Shown piece after piece: positions 38,605 to 49,067 of a stretch of 64,000 nt of DNA; position 1 is the first letter of the stretch, and the number at the start of each line of letters is the position of its first letter. The stretch is taken from positions 1 to 64,000 of the forward strand of contig CALFMN010000231.1 in the NCBI GenBank assembly GCA_937879875.1, read 5' to 3'. Origin of the DNA: an uncultured Chloroflexota bacterium (GTDB lineage: Bacteria > Chloroflexota > Dehalococcoidia > CAUJGQ01). Under the pieces are notes generated by a model. It made no database searches. It had not been told where the DNA came from and was given only the letters and a program-made list of their open reading frames with translations. Position numbers and translations under genes: made by a program.

Positions 38605-40074
38605 ATGGTCGACACGCGCATTCCAGACGCCACGACGAACGAGGTGCATGGCCGCCTCAATATCCCCGTGCAGCCGGTCGCCAAACAGACGGCGGCCGAC
38701 CGCGTCAAGAACTGGAACGAGGTCTACTTCGGCTTCGACCTCGAAGGGGCGATCGTCGAAGCGAACCGCTGCATCGACTGTCCCACGGCGCCCTGCATGG
38801 AGGCCTGCCCGGTTCACAACGACATTCCCGCCGCCTTGCGCCTGCTGGAGCGCGGCGATATCGATGGCGCCGCCAACAAGTTCCGTGAAACCTCGAACCT
38901 GCCCGATATGTGCGGCCGACTCTGCCCGCAGGAGAAGCTCTGCGAAGGCAACTGTGTCGTCGGCTTCGCGATCCGTCCGGGCGGCGTGCAAGAGCCGCCG
39001 GTGACGATCGGCAAGCTCGAAGCGTTCATTGCCGACCATCAGCGCGAACTGCACGGCGGCCTGCAACCGCTGCCCGTGCTGCCCGCGCCCACCGGCCGCC
39101 GCGCCGCGATCATCGGCTCCGGGCCGGCCGGTCTCGCCGTGGCCGAAGAGCTGGCGAAGCTCGGCCACGCCTGCACCGTGTTCGATGCCTGGCCGGAGCC
39201 TGGCGGCGTGCTCGTGTACGGCATCCCGAACTTCAAGATGAAGAAGGAGATCGTAGACGCGAAGATCGAATTCTTGAAGCGACTCGGCGTCGAGTTCGTG
39301 CTGAATACGTGGATCGGCCGCGACATCGGCCTCGATCAGCTATTGGCCGACGGCTTCGACGCCATCTTCCTTGGCACCGGCGCCGGCGTCGGCAACGCAC
39401 TCAAGATTCCCGGCGAAGACGACTTCAGCGGCATCTACGCTGCGACCGACTTTCTCGTGCGCGGCAACCTGCAGCCCGACCAGTTACCGGAGGGCCAACG
39501 CGAACCGCTGATCCCGGGCCGGCGCGTGGTCGTGGTTGGCGGCGGCGATACCTCGATGGACTGCGTGCGCACCGCCGTGCGGCTCGGCTCCGAAGAGGTC
39601 ACCTGCGTCTACCGCCGTACCGAGACGGAGATGCTGGGGCGCGCCGAGGAGCGCAAGCATGCGCGCGAAGAGGGCGTGCACTTCGACTTCCTCACCATTC
39701 CCCTGCGCTTCATCGGCGAAGACGGCCGCGTCACCGGCGTCGAGTGTCAGCGCATGGAGCTGGGCGAGCCGGACGAGTCTGGCAGGCGGCGCCCGGTGCC
39801 GATCCCCGGCTCCGAGTTCATTCTTGAAGCAGACAGCGTCGCGATCGCGATCGGCTACAACGCCGATCCGCTGATTCCGTCGTCCACGCCCGGCGTGAGG
39901 GCCAACCGCTGGCACCTGGTCGAAGTCGATCCCGAAACCGGCCAGACAAGCCGGCCCGAAGTGTTCGCCGGCGGCGACAACGTCAACGGCGCCGATCTGG
40001 TAGTGACGGCGCTGGCGGACGGCCGCCGGGCCGCGGCGGCGATGCACAGCTATCTGGCCGCGCTGCCCGGCTGA
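38605..40074 (+). CDS. GltD-family NAD(P)H-dependent FAD oxidoreductase (glutamate synthase small-subunit/SudA-like) with N-terminal Fe-S Cys cluster
   Basis: CIDCPTAPCMEACP...CGRLCPQEKLCEGNC, two Rossmann GxGxxG motifs. Confidence 0.85.
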   Translation: MVDTRIPDATTNEVHGRLNIPVQPVAKQTAADRVKNWNEVYFGFDLEGAIVEANRCIDCPTAPCMEACPVHNDIPAALRLLERGDIDGAANKFRETSNLPDMCGRLCPQEKLCEGNCVVGFAIRPGGVQEPPVTIGKLEAFIADHQRELHGGLQPLPVLPAPTGRRAAIIGSGPAGLAVAEELAKLGHACTVFDAWPEPGGVLVYGIPNFKMKKEIVDAKIEFLKRLGVEFVLNTWIGRDIGLDQLLADGFDAIFLGTGAGVGNALKIPGEDDFSGIYAATDFLVRGNLQPDQLPEGQREPLIPGRRVVVVGGGDTSMDCVRTAVRLGSEEVTCVYRRTETEMLGRAEERKHAREEGVHFDFLTIPLRFIGEDGRVTGVECQRMELGEPDESGRRRPVPIPGSEFILEADSVAIAIGYNADPLIPSSTPGVRANRWHLVEVDPETGQTSRPEVFAGGDNVNGADLVVTALADGRRAAAAMHSYLAALPG

Positions 40075-40213
40075 TGCGACCCGGCCGGTCCCGCAGTGCC
40101 GGCGGACTACTCCCAAACAGCGGTACGTGCGTGCCCTGCTCATCCTCGCGGGTGACTTTTGGGCGCCGCCCGCATGATTCGAGCGGGCCATTCAGCATCT
40201 ACGCTGATTGGCG

Positions 40214-40984
40214 ATGAACAGCGACCCGCCGCACACCGGCCCACACCAACCCGCAGGCCGCGAGGCCGTTGGCGAGCAGGAGTCGTTCGAGATCCTGCGC
40301 GACCGCGTACGCGCCTGGTGGACGCAGGTGCTCGCCGGCCAGGTCGATCAGGCGCATCCTGTTCAAGGCAGCAACCTCAAGGCGCGGATCGACGGCAGCA
40401 CGCTGGTCATCAGCGGCACCGTGCCATCCGAGGCAGACCGCCGCGAGATTGAATCCGAAGTCGAGCACCTGCGCGGCAACGGCGTCGACAACGTACGCGA
40501 CGAGCTCCAGATCGAGCCACGGGGCGACGAGGAGCCGGGCCTGCTCGTCCAGACCCTGATCGGCGCCTTCGATACCGCGGAACAGGCCGGCTTCGCCGAG
40601 GGCTATCTCCAGGGTCACGCCCACGTCGATCCGCAACGCATGCTCGTCGTTGCGGCCGACGCAGGCGACGAGGCGCGCGTGGCGCTGCGCTCGGTGCTGC
40701 CCGAGGCGTATCAGGAAAAGGCCGAGCAGGCGCTGGCGGCCGGGCGCAGCGTGCTCGTCGTCACGGTGGACGAAACGGAAGCCTTCCAGGCGCGCGAGCT
40801 GCTGGACGAGGAGACGCGCAGCCTTGAGACGATTGTGCTGCCGCCTGAGCCAGCCGAACGCTCGCAGATGATCCGTGCCGGCCTGCGGCGCGGCGCTTCG
40901 GCCCGGCGCAGCCAGGGGATGGAGCGCGCCGACTCGGCCAAAGCCGAGGCCGTCGGCATGGAGGATCGCCAGCATGAGCATTAA
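40214..40984 (+). CDS. BON-domain protein
   Basis: [50 protein letters not shown]-like segment; acidic C-terminus; 3' end overlaps Nramp start by 11 nt. Confidence 0.5.
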   Translation: MNSDPPHTGPHQPAGREAVGEQESFEILRDRVRAWWTQVLAGQVDQAHPVQGSNLKARIDGSTLVISGTVPSEADRREIESEVEHLRGNGVDNVRDELQIEPRGDEEPGLLVQTLIGAFDTAEQAGFAEGYLQGHAHVDPQRMLVVAADAGDEARVALRSVLPEAYQEKAEQALAAGRSVLVVTVDETEAFQARELLDEETRSLETIVLPPEPAERSQMIRAGLRRGASARRSQGMERADSAKAEAVGMEDRQHEH

Positions 40985-42293
40985 GCCGCCGCCGCGTGCG
41001 GAGGAGACGCCAGACTCGTCCGATCCGCCCGGCACCGGCGCCCAGGCGCGCGTCGAGCGGGCGCAGCGTGTCTCGCCGCGCGACATCCTCAAGGTCGTGG
41101 GGCCGGGCATCATCACCGGCGGCGCGGACAACGACCCGGCCGGCGTTACCACGTACTCGGTGGTCGGCGCCCAGAACGGCTACTCGCAGAACTGGCTGCT
41201 GCTGATCTCCGTGCCGCTGCTGATCGTGATTCAGCAGATGTGCGCCCGCGTCGGCAGCGTCACCAAGACCGACCTCGCCTCGGCCATTCGCATCCACTAC
41301 GGGCGCAAGATCGCCGCCGCCGCCGTGCTGCTCGTGGTGATTGCGAACATCGCCACGATCGGCGCCGATCTCGTAATGATGGCGTCGGTGCTGGAGCTGA
41401 TTACCGGCGCAAAGTATATCTACTTCATCGTGCCGCTCGCCGCGCTGATGGCCTACGTGACGATCTTTCTCGACTACAAGACGTTCTCACGCTATTTGCT
41501 CTGGCTGGTCGCGGTCTTTGCCGCCTATATTGTTGCAGCCGTGCTCGCGCACCCCGACTGGCCGCAGGTGCTCCAGCAAACGGTGCTGCCGCACATCCAC
41601 CCGAACGCGACCTACTTCCTCGGCGCGGTCGGCCTGCTCGGCACGACGATCACCCCGTATCTGTTCTTCTGGCAGACGAGCGGCGAGATCGAGGAGCGGC
41701 GCGGCGTGCAGGGCATCACCCGCTCCAATCTCGACATCGCCGCCGGCATGATCTGGTCGAACGTCACCGCGTTCTTCATCGTGGTCGTCTGCGGCGCCGT
41801 GCTGTACACGCACGGCACGCAGATTCAGACGGCCGCGGACGCGGCGCGTGCGCTCGAACCGCTGGTCGGGTCTTCGGCGAAGTACCTGTTCTCGGTTGGT
41901 ATTCTTGGCGCCGGTCTGCTGGCGATTCCCGTGCTCGCGGCCTCGACGGCGTACTGTGTCGGCGGCCTGTTCGGCTGGCGGCGCAGCCTGACCCGGCACG
42001 TGAACAACGCTCCAGAGTTTTACCTCGTGCTGGGCGTCGCGATTCTCGTCGGCGTCCAGCTCGCGATCTCCGGCGTCGATCCGATCAAGGCGCTGTTCTA
42101 TTCGCAGGTGCTGGATGGCCTGATCGCTCCCGTGCTCGTGGTTCTGCTCCTGCTGCTCACCTCCAGCCGCACGGTGATGGGCGACTTTGTGAACGGCGCC
42201 TGGACGCGCAATCTCGGCTGGGCCGCGGTTGGGGTGCTGGTCGTCGCCGATCTGGCGATGGTCTACAGCGTCGCGACGAGCGGCTTGCCATAA
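40974..42293 (+). CDS. mntH: Nramp-family divalent metal transporter
   Basis: [20 protein letters not shown] consensus Nramp motif, 11-12 TM. Confidence 0.85.
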   Translation: MSIKPPPRAEETPDSSDPPGTGAQARVERAQRVSPRDILKVVGPGIITGGADNDPAGVTTYSVVGAQNGYSQNWLLLISVPLLIVIQQMCARVGSVTKTDLASAIRIHYGRKIAAAAVLLVVIANIATIGADLVMMASVLELITGAKYIYFIVPLAALMAYVTIFLDYKTFSRYLLWLVAVFAAYIVAAVLAHPDWPQVLQQTVLPHIHPNATYFLGAVGLLGTTITPYLFFWQTSGEIEERRGVQGITRSNLDIAAGMIWSNVTAFFIVVVCGAVLYTHGTQIQTAADAARALEPLVGSSAKYLFSVGILGAGLLAIPVLAASTAYCVGGLFGWRRSLTRHVNNAPEFYLVLGVAILVGVQLAISGVDPIKALFYSQVLDGLIAPVLVVLLLLLTSSRTVMGDFVNGAWTRNLGWAAVGVLVVADLAMVYSVATSGLP

Positions 42294-42338
42294 CGCTGCG
42301 TTCTGGTCATCGACGCGCCGAGTCGCTTGCCCATGCGG

Positions 42339-42557
42339 GGCACCTAACCCTGGTTCCGCTGGCGCGAAACCTGTCCCTTCCCGAGGCGGGAAGGGTGGGG
42401 TTCGAGGACAGCCGGGCGTCAGGAAGATCAGCCCTCCGCTTGCCTCTTAAGGACTTCACACCCACGCCGCCGTCCGGCGCCGCTGGGAGCGCTCCAGAAG
42501 TCCCTTTCCCGTTCCGGGAAGGGACAGACCTCGCTTGCGAGGTCAGGGTTAGGTGCC
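42339..42557. mobile_element. MITE-like element family B, full copy (TIR GGCACCTAACCCTG / CAGGGTTAGGTGCC)
   Basis: Terminal 14-nt perfect inverted repeats; internal hairpins CCCTTCCCG-AGGC-GGGAAGGG and GTCCCTTTCCCG-TTC-CGGGAAGGGAC, ACCTCGC-TT-GCGAGGT. Confidence 0.6.
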
Positions 42558-42656
42558 ACGCGGGTACGGGCTCCCGGTTTTGTAGTGATGGTCGCGCTAC
42601 AATATCCGTGCGCGGCGCCGCATGTGTGCAGGGCGTTGTGCCGGGAGCCAGTGGGC

Positions 42657-43316
42657 ATGGATGCGGCCGATTCGCCCTTCACCGCCGAGCAGTTTCAGCG
42701 CGTGGACGAGGGCGCCGACGAGGCGTTCTACGATGTGCCGCGCCTGGTTACACACATCGACGACGGCGCGATCGCTGCTGCTGGGCGGCTCTACGCCGAG
42801 ACGTTGCCGCCGCACGATGACATCCTCGACCTGATGAGCAGCTGGGTCTCACACTTGCCGCCGGACTTTCCCGTGCGCCGGCTGGTCGGCCTCGGCATGA
42901 ACGCCGAAGAGCTGGCAGCGAACCCGCGGCTGGACAGCTACGTGGTCCACAACCTCAACCGCGAGGCGGCGCTGCCCTTCGCCGACGAGGAGTTCGGCGG
43001 CTGCATCGTCACGGTCTCCGTGCAATATCTGACGCGGCCGGTGGAGGTGTTCCGCGAGGTGCGGCGCGTGCTGCGGCCCGGCGCGCCGTTCATCGTGACC
43101 TTCTCGAACCGTTGCTTCCCAACCAAGGCCGTGGCGATCTGGCGGGCGCTGGGCGATCGTGACCACGCGCGCCTGGTCGGCGCCTATTTTGAGCTGAGCG
43201 GCGGCTGGACCGGCCTCGAAGCCCGCGACTGCTCGCCCTCCGCCAACGGCTACGCCGACCCGCTCTTCGCTGTGCTGGCGCGCAAGGCCGCGCTCGCCGC
43301 ACCGGAGCCGTCATGA
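42657..43316 (+). CDS. class I SAM-dependent methyltransferase
   Basis: Methyltransf_11-like core (VGLGMNAEELA...GGCIVTVS); stop overlaps folP start (ATGA). Confidence 0.7.
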   Translation: MDAADSPFTAEQFQRVDEGADEAFYDVPRLVTHIDDGAIAAAGRLYAETLPPHDDILDLMSSWVSHLPPDFPVRRLVGLGMNAEELAANPRLDSYVVHNLNREAALPFADEEFGGCIVTVSVQYLTRPVEVFREVRRVLRPGAPFIVTFSNRCFPTKAVAIWRALGDRDHARLVGAYFELSGGWTGLEARDCSPSANGYADPLFAVLARKAALAAPEPS

Positions 43317-44173
43317 TCGCGGCCGGCCCCACACCGCGAAGCATGCGCATCGGCGGCCACGAGTTCATCTGGGGCAGCCGCACGTATCTGATGGGCATCG
43401 TCAACGTCACGCCGGACAGCTTCTCGGGCGACGGCGTTGGCCTTGATGTCGAGGCGGCGCTGGCGCGGGCGGTTGCACTCGCCGAAGCCGGCGCGGACAT
43501 CATCGATCTTGGGGGCGAGTCTACCCGACCCGGCCACCAGCCCGTTCCCGCCGAGGAAGAGCTGCGCCGCGTGCTGCCGGCGCTGTGCGCGATCGCCGCC
43601 GCCGTCGCGGTTCCGGTGAGCATCGACACACGCAAGGCGGTGGTCGCGCGAGCAGCGATCGCCCACGGCGCCGCGCTGGTGAACGATGTCTCCGGCCTGA
43701 TCGGCGACGCCGAGATGGCGGATGTCGTGTGCGAGGCGCGTGTGCCCGTGCTGCTGATGGCGCGTGGCGCCGGACGCCAGCAGGACGTGCTGGAGCGCGT
43801 GCGCGGCGACCTCGATCAGAGCCTGGCCGTGGCGGCAGCGCACGGGATCGCACGCGAGCGCCTGCTGATCGACCCTGGCTTCGGCTTCGGCAAGACCTGG
43901 CGGATGAACCTTGAGCTGCTCGGCCGCCTGCGCGAGCTGCGCGGCTACGGCCTGCCGATGGTCGCCGGCCTTTCGCGCAAATCCACGATCGCGCGCGTAT
44001 TGGGACCGGGCGCGGGCAGCCTGCTCGAAGCCAATGCGGCGCTGACCACGCTGGCCATCGCCGGAGGCGCCGACATCGTGCGCGTCCACGACGTTGCGCA
44101 GATGCGGCTCGTGGCGCGCATGGCCGATGCCGTGGTGCGCGGGCCTCCCGCCGACGAGGCCGGCCAGCCATGA
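43313..44173 (+). CDS. folP: dihydropteroate synthase
   Basis: MGIVNVTPDSFSDGG...IIDLGGESTRPG pterin-binding motifs. Confidence 0.9.
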   Translation: MIAAGPTPRSMRIGGHEFIWGSRTYLMGIVNVTPDSFSGDGVGLDVEAALARAVALAEAGADIIDLGGESTRPGHQPVPAEEELRRVLPALCAIAAAVAVPVSIDTRKAVVARAAIAHGAALVNDVSGLIGDAEMADVVCEARVPVLLMARGAGRQQDVLERVRGDLDQSLAVAAAHGIARERLLIDPGFGFGKTWRMNLELLGRLRELRGYGLPMVAGLSRKSTIARVLGPGAGSLLEANAALTTLAIAGGADIVRVHDVAQMRLVARMADAVVRGPPADEAGQP

Positions 44174-44694
44174 GCGAGGCCAGGGCGCAGCGCACCGTGT
44201 ATCTCGCGCTCGGCAGCAATCTCGGCGACCGCCTGCAGAACCTGCAGTCAGCCCTTTCCCGGCTCACGACTCGCGGCAGAGTCGCGGCTGTCGGCGGGCT
44301 CTACGAAACGGCGCCCTCCGGTGTCACGGATCAGCCGGCCTTCTACAACGCCGCCTGTGCCTTCGCCACTGAACTGGCCTTGCCCGCGCTGCTTGGCTTC
44401 GTGAAGCAGATCGAATGGGAACTGGGCCGGCGGCCCTCACGGTTCTGGGGGCCGCGGCCTTGCGACATCGACATCCTGCTCGCGGGCGAGGAGACGCTGC
44501 ACTCGGCGCTGCTGACAGTGCCGCATGCACGTCTTGCCGAGCGCGGCTTCGTACTCGCGCCGCTTGCAGAGATCGCGCCTGACGCAACGGTGCCAGGCAC
44601 CGGCGCGACGGTGCAGGCGCTCTGGTCAGCCCTGCCCGCCGCCGAGCGAGCCGGCGTGCGCCGCGTCGCCGGACCCGAGTGGGCCCTGGTCTGA
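44170..44694 (+). CDS. folK: 2-amino-4-hydroxy-6-hydroxymethyldihydropteridine diphosphokinase
   Basis: VYLALGSNLGDR...GPRPCDIDIL HPPK signature; ATGA overlap with folP. Confidence 0.9.
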   Translation: MSEARAQRTVYLALGSNLGDRLQNLQSALSRLTTRGRVAAVGGLYETAPSGVTDQPAFYNAACAFATELALPALLGFVKQIEWELGRRPSRFWGPRPCDIDILLAGEETLHSALLTVPHARLAERGFVLAPLAEIAPDATVPGTGATVQALWSALPAAERAGVRRVAGPEWALV

Positions 44695-45504
44695 TGCGCG
44701 TTCCGGCAGGGGCAGCCCCGCCGCGACCTCAAGCAGGATGTCCTGAGCGTCGCGTACGCGCTGGCGGTAGAGGTCGTGCAGGAAGGCCGGCGCCCAGGGC
44801 CGAAACAGCTCGTCGGAGATGGCGAGCAGCAGCGACGCCTCGACCTTGCGCACGGCGGCCACCGAGAAGATCGTCGCGGCCTCCATCTCGACCGTGAGCA
44901 CGCCGGTCTGCCGCAGGTGCTCGACCTTCTTCTTGAACTCGCGGAAGATGGCGTCCGTGGACCAGTTTGTGCCCGAGAGCGCCGTAATGCCCCGCCGTTC
45001 GCAGGCCGCGCGGATCTGTTCGGTCAGCGCCGCATCGGGAGCGGGCACGGCGGTGGGCGGCAGGTAATGGAACGAGGCGCCGTCTTCGCGCAGCACGGCG
45101 TCGGGCAGCACCAGCGAGCCGATCGGCGCCCGCTCCTGCAGACTGCCCGCCGCGCCAAGGATCAGGAAGCGCCGGGCGCCGCAGGCGATCAGCACCTCCA
45201 TCACCATCGCGGTCGCCGGCGCGCCGACGGGAAACTTGACGACCGTCACCGGCCGGCCGCCCGCGGCGCCCTGGAAGATGGTGGTTGTTTCGGCAGGCAG
45301 AATCCAGCGCTCGACGCGCTCCGCCCGCGTTTCTTGTGCCAGCCGCTTCCATGTCCGGCCTAGAAACGTGCCGATCACCACGTCGCTGACCTGCACGTCG
45401 GCCGGCGCCCAGCCCGTGGACTCGAGCACGTACTGGAGCATGTGCTGCGCGGTGAAGTGCTCTTCGTCGTTCAGGTCGTGCAGATGGGCGGGCGTCGACC
45501 ACAT
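44626..45504 (-). CDS. PNP/UDP-phosphorylase-fold nucleosidase/phosphorylase family protein
   Basis: ATAMVMEVLIACGARRFLILGAAGSL...VEMEAA family pattern; 3' end overlaps the convergent folK by about 70 nt. Confidence 0.6.
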   Translation of the reverse strand: MWSTPAHLHDLNDEEHFTAQHMLQYVLESTGWAPADVQVSDVVIGTFLGRTWKRLAQETRAERVERWILPAETTTIFQGAAGGRPVTVVKFPVGAPATAMVMEVLIACGARRFLILGAAGSLQERAPIGSLVLPDAVLREDGASFHYLPPTAVPAPDAALTEQIRAACERRGITALSGTNWSTDAIFREFKKKVEHLRQTGVLTVEMEAATIFSVAAVRKVEASLLLAISDELFRPWAPAFLHDLYRQRVRDAQDILLEVAAGLPLPERASDQGPLGSGDAAHAGSLGGGQG

Positions 45505-45555
45505 CGATTATTCCTGCTTAAGCGCGATTGGAGCGGTTGCGCCGTTGCGTCGTTG

Positions 45556-45777
45556 CTACGTAGCCGGCGCTTCCTCCTCCGGCTCGGGGACGTCGGTTTC
45601 CGTGGTCATCATGGTCCAGCCGACCCAGATCGCCAGCGCCGAGATTCCGGCCACGGCGAAGGCGATCGGCAGCGCCAGCGCCAGATAGCTCTTGCGCGCG
45701 ACGCCGATGATGAAAAGCAGGACCTGCACGGCCGCCGCGGCGACGATCGCGGCGCCGGTCATCTGGGAACGATCCAT
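45556..45777 (-). CDS. small 2-TM membrane protein (hypothetical)
   Basis: 73 aa, two hydrophobic helices and an acidic tail. Confidence 0.35.
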   Translation of the reverse strand: MDRSQMTGAAIVAAAAVQVLLFIIGVARKSYLALALPIAFAVAGISALAIWVGWTMMTTETDVPEPEEEAPAT

Positions 45778-45821
45778 CTCGGGGCCTCCGGCGACTGGAT
45801 TGGGATGGGCTTGAGAACGCC

Positions 45822-46013
45822 CTATGCGGGCTGCGAGCGCATGTCCGGCGGCAGCATGTTAGGGATCGTGTCTTCGATCGGATAGCGCTCATTGCAGCGC
45901 ACGCAGAACAGCGAGCCGCTGACGATTTCGCCGTCTCGCTCCTCGTCCACGGTAAGCTGCAGCTCGCCTTTGCACACGGGACAAACCAGGATCTCCATCA
46001 GATCGGCTTTCAC
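45822..46013 (-). CDS. Trm112 family protein
   Basis: LLEILVCPVCKGEL...LFCVRCNERYPIEDTIPNML zinc-ribbon Trm112/YcaR signature. Confidence 0.7.
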   Translation of the reverse strand: MKADLMEILVCPVCKGELQLTVDEERDGEIVSGSLFCVRCNERYPIEDTIPNMLPPDMRSQPA

Positions 46014-46135
46014 GCGGATCGTGTCCTCTCAAGACTCCCGCCACGCGGCGGCTTGCCGTTGCTTCAGCTCCTGCTTCGGATTGTAGAGATGGCCGATCCA
46101 GCCGACAACGTGCCCCCGCCACCAGGGGCCACGGC

Positions 46136-46678
46136 TCAGCCGTGCCCGGTGACGTAGGCCCGCGCCGCCACGAGCGCGAGAAAGAAGCAGATCAGGCCGA
46201 GCACCATCCCCGGCCGGTCGGGAATCCTGCGCCGGTAGTACGAGCCGAGGCTGATGCCGAGCACGGCGCCGATCCCGTAGATGTAGTGCTGCCAGCCGTG
46301 CCAGCCGGCGGGGGCGCGGTGTCCGCCGGCGTAGAGCCCGACGCCGAGCGCAAGCTGCGGCACGAACAGGAACCAGCCGAGCAGCGCGAGATAGAGATAA
46401 CCGCGAATCAGCTTCCAGCCGCGCCACCAGGCGAGCAAGCCCCAGATCGCCGCCACGCCGTTTACCAGCACGATCGCGATCGCCAGCGCGTTGTGCAGAT
46501 CCTTCACGCTCACTCCGATCCAGCCCAGCATTTGCACGATGCGCAGCGCGAGGTAGACGGCGAACAGCGCCCCGAACAGCTTGAAGTGCCAGGGCACGGG
46601 CGGCCGCTCCGCGTCGGGCGGCTGACCGCCGGCATCGGGCGGGCCGGGCAGGTTGCGACTGCCGGGAGGGGCGGCCAT
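46136..46678 (-). CDS. integral membrane protein of unknown function
   Basis: 4-5 TM helices; start chosen at MAAPPGS (the upstream part of the track ORF has non-protein-like composition). Confidence 0.45.
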   Translation of the reverse strand: MAAPPGSRNLPGPPDAGGQPPDAERPPVPWHFKLFGALFAVYLALRIVQMLGWIGVSVKDLHNALAIAIVLVNGVAAIWGLLAWWRGWKLIRGYLYLALLGWFLFVPQLALGVGLYAGGHRAPAGWHGWQHYIYGIGAVLGISLGSYYRRRIPDRPGMVLGLICFFLALVAARAYVTGHG

Positions 46679-46841
46679 AGCAGCTCCGCCGTCGTGACTG
46701 CGGCACGCATCGCTCCGATCGTACGTGCGCCCCACGCGGCCGGGCAAGCCGTCCTGACAGGCGGCGCGCCGAGCCGTCGACGCGCGGCCCTGGCATGCCT
46801 CGAACCCACCGCTCGGCACGCACCCTGGATCGTGGAGGGCG

Positions 46842-47977
46842 TTACCAATTGGTGAACGAGCCGTCGTGCGCCCGCAGGTGCGGCGGTTCCGTGAGGCGGA
46901 ACGGATGGGCGCGGGCCGCCTCACGGTCGAACTCGATGCCGAGGCCGGGCCGCGACGGCGCCAGCAGATAGCCGTCTTGCCACTCGGCCTGCACCGGGAA
47001 CACGTCGATGAGCGTCGTGCCCGGCTTCCAGGGCTGCTCCTGCACACCGACGTTCGGACAGGCCAGATTGAGTTGGAGGCATGCGGCGGTTGAGACGGGG
47101 CTGAGCGGATTGTGGGTGGCGAGCTTGATGTGATGCGCCTCGGCCATCGCAGCGATCTTTTTCGCTTCGGTAATCCCGCCGGCGAGGCAGAGATCGACCC
47201 GCGCGTAGTCGATCAGCTCCTCTTCGATCGGTACGCGGAACTGCCATTTCGAGTGCAGTTGCTCGCCGGCCGCGATCGGCACGGCCGTCTGCTGGCGCAC
47301 GCGGCGCAACGCGGTCAGGTCTTCGGCCCGCACCGGGTCTTCCATGAAGTAGGGGCGGTATGGCTCGACGGCGCGCAGCAACGTGATCGCATCGGCCTGA
47401 TCCAGCCGTGTATGCACGTCCATACACAGTTCGACCTCGTCGCCCAGCGCGGCGCGCAGCGCCTCGAAGCCGCGCACCGCCGTGCGGATCGCCTTGCGCG
47501 GCTCGATCAGGTCGCCCTCGGCCGGCAGGTGCCAGCGCACGAAGCGCCAGCGCTCGGCCACGGCGGCGCGGGCGCGTTCGACTAGCCGCGCCACATCGTC
47601 CTCGTTGCAGTGCGGGTAGCAGACGACGCGCTCGCGGTACAGGCCGCCCAGCAGTTGATAAATCGGCACGCCCAGCGCCTTGCCGCGGATGTCCCAGAGG
47701 GCGATATCGATGGCAGAGAGCGCCGCGCTGATCACGCCGAGGGCGGGAAAGAAGCCGCCGCGCGCGATGAGTTGCCAGAGATGCTCGCCGCGAAACGGGT
47801 CCTGGCCGCGCAGCAGCGGCTCCAGGTGCCGCACAGCTCCTTCGATCGCCAGCTCGCGCCCGGTCAGCCCCGCCTCGCCGATGCCGGAGACGCCATCGTC
47901 CGTGTCCACCGTGACGAAGCAGAAGTTGCGGCCGCCGCCCCAAACGAGGTGCGTCTCGACAGCGGTAATCTTCATCG
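46842..47977 (-). CDS. enolase-superfamily dehydratase (mandelate racemase/muconate-lactonizing, D-galactonate dehydratase-like)
   Basis: MKITAVETHLV...KLATHNPLSPV; metal ligands in MDVH..D..E context. Confidence 0.8.
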
Positions 47978-48085
47978 CGCTGCGCTCCAGTCCAGATTCG
48001 TCCGCGGACGAAGCCAACGATAGCACCTCGGACGCCGTGGGGCGGTAGGCGTGAAGGCGACGAATGCATCTGCTATTGTTCACGC

Positions 48086-49063
48086 ATGGGCACGACTGAT
48101 GCTGAATTCGCCGACCATGTTAGGCGGCTGCATGCTTTCGTCTCACTCGATCTGAACGAGGCCGAGACTCGATACCACCTGGTCGATCCGGTGATCCGGA
48201 TGCTCGGCTACAGCCACATCGAGGATGTGCGTCGCGAGATCTCAACGACGGTCACCAAGGAGCTCTTGGACTACGAGCTCTTCGCTGAAGGACACGGGCA
48301 GGCGGTCGTCGAAGCAAAGGCACTGAAGTATCAACTTACTCCACAGCACGCGGCCCAGGCGGTGCAGTATGCAAGCGTGCTGGGCGTCCGCTGGTGCCTG
48401 ATTACAAACGGCGCGACGTGGGAGATCTACTACCTGTTGCCAGGGAAGGCACTGGCTGACATGAAGATCGTCTCGGTAAGCCTTCGTGGTGACAATGAAC
48501 AGGCAATCCGAGCATGGTCTGTCCTGTCTCTCTTTTCGCGCGATACGATCACGCGGGCTCCGCAGCGCCTGCTGCTGGATCGCGTCGTGGCTGCGGAACT
48601 GAGCAGGCCCAATTCTTCGACGATCGCCGCTCTGCGCCGTGTGGCGAAGGACAGCATTGGCAATCAAATTCCCGGGCAAGCGATCATTGAGGCCATCGCT
48701 CGGGTGTGCGTCAGCCTGATATCGTCGTCATCTGCCGCTGAAACCGAATTTGCCCAGCAGCATCCGGCTGACATGCCGAAGCTGCCGCCAGCGCCGCATC
48801 CGAAGGCGACTTCGGTATCGAAAGGCCAGCTTGGCGCGCTCATTGCGGCAGGACTGCTACCGTCGGATGCTACGTTGACATGCAAAGTGCGTGGCATCAC
48901 TCACACCGCTCAGCTACGTGACGGTGAGCTCGAAATCGACGGCAAGCGCTACCGATCGCCCTCTTCAGCAGCCAGCGAACTGTATGGCACGAGCATTAAT
49001 GGTCTCAAGGCATGGCGCCACAACGGCATCTCGCTGCATGAATTGCGCGCGAAGATGACGTAG
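48086..49063 (+). CDS. PD-(D/E)xK restriction-endonuclease-like (HsdR-N-type) domain + C-terminal DUF4357-like domain protein
   Basis: ETRYHLVDPVIRMLGY plus D...EAK catalytic motif; C-terminal YRSPSSAASELYGTSINGLKAWR; local GC about 58% against about 70% in flanks. Confidence 0.55.
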   Translation: MGTTDAEFADHVRRLHAFVSLDLNEAETRYHLVDPVIRMLGYSHIEDVRREISTTVTKELLDYELFAEGHGQAVVEAKALKYQLTPQHAAQAVQYASVLGVRWCLITNGATWEIYYLLPGKALADMKIVSVSLRGDNEQAIRAWSVLSLFSRDTITRAPQRLLLDRVVAAELSRPNSSTIAALRRVAKDSIGNQIPGQAIIEAIARVCVSLISSSSAAETEFAQQHPADMPKLPPAPHPKATSVSKGQLGALIAAGLLPSDATLTCKVRGITHTAQLRDGELEIDGKRYRSPSSAASELYGTSINGLKAWRHNGISLHELRAKMT

Positions 49064-49067
49064 GTCA

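Noticed and set aside
42380-42400. GGTTCGAGG resembling a tRNA T-loop
   Set aside because: No acceptor or anticodon stems can be built around it. It lies inside the family B MITE-like element. I found no tRNA-like cloverleaf anywhere in the window.
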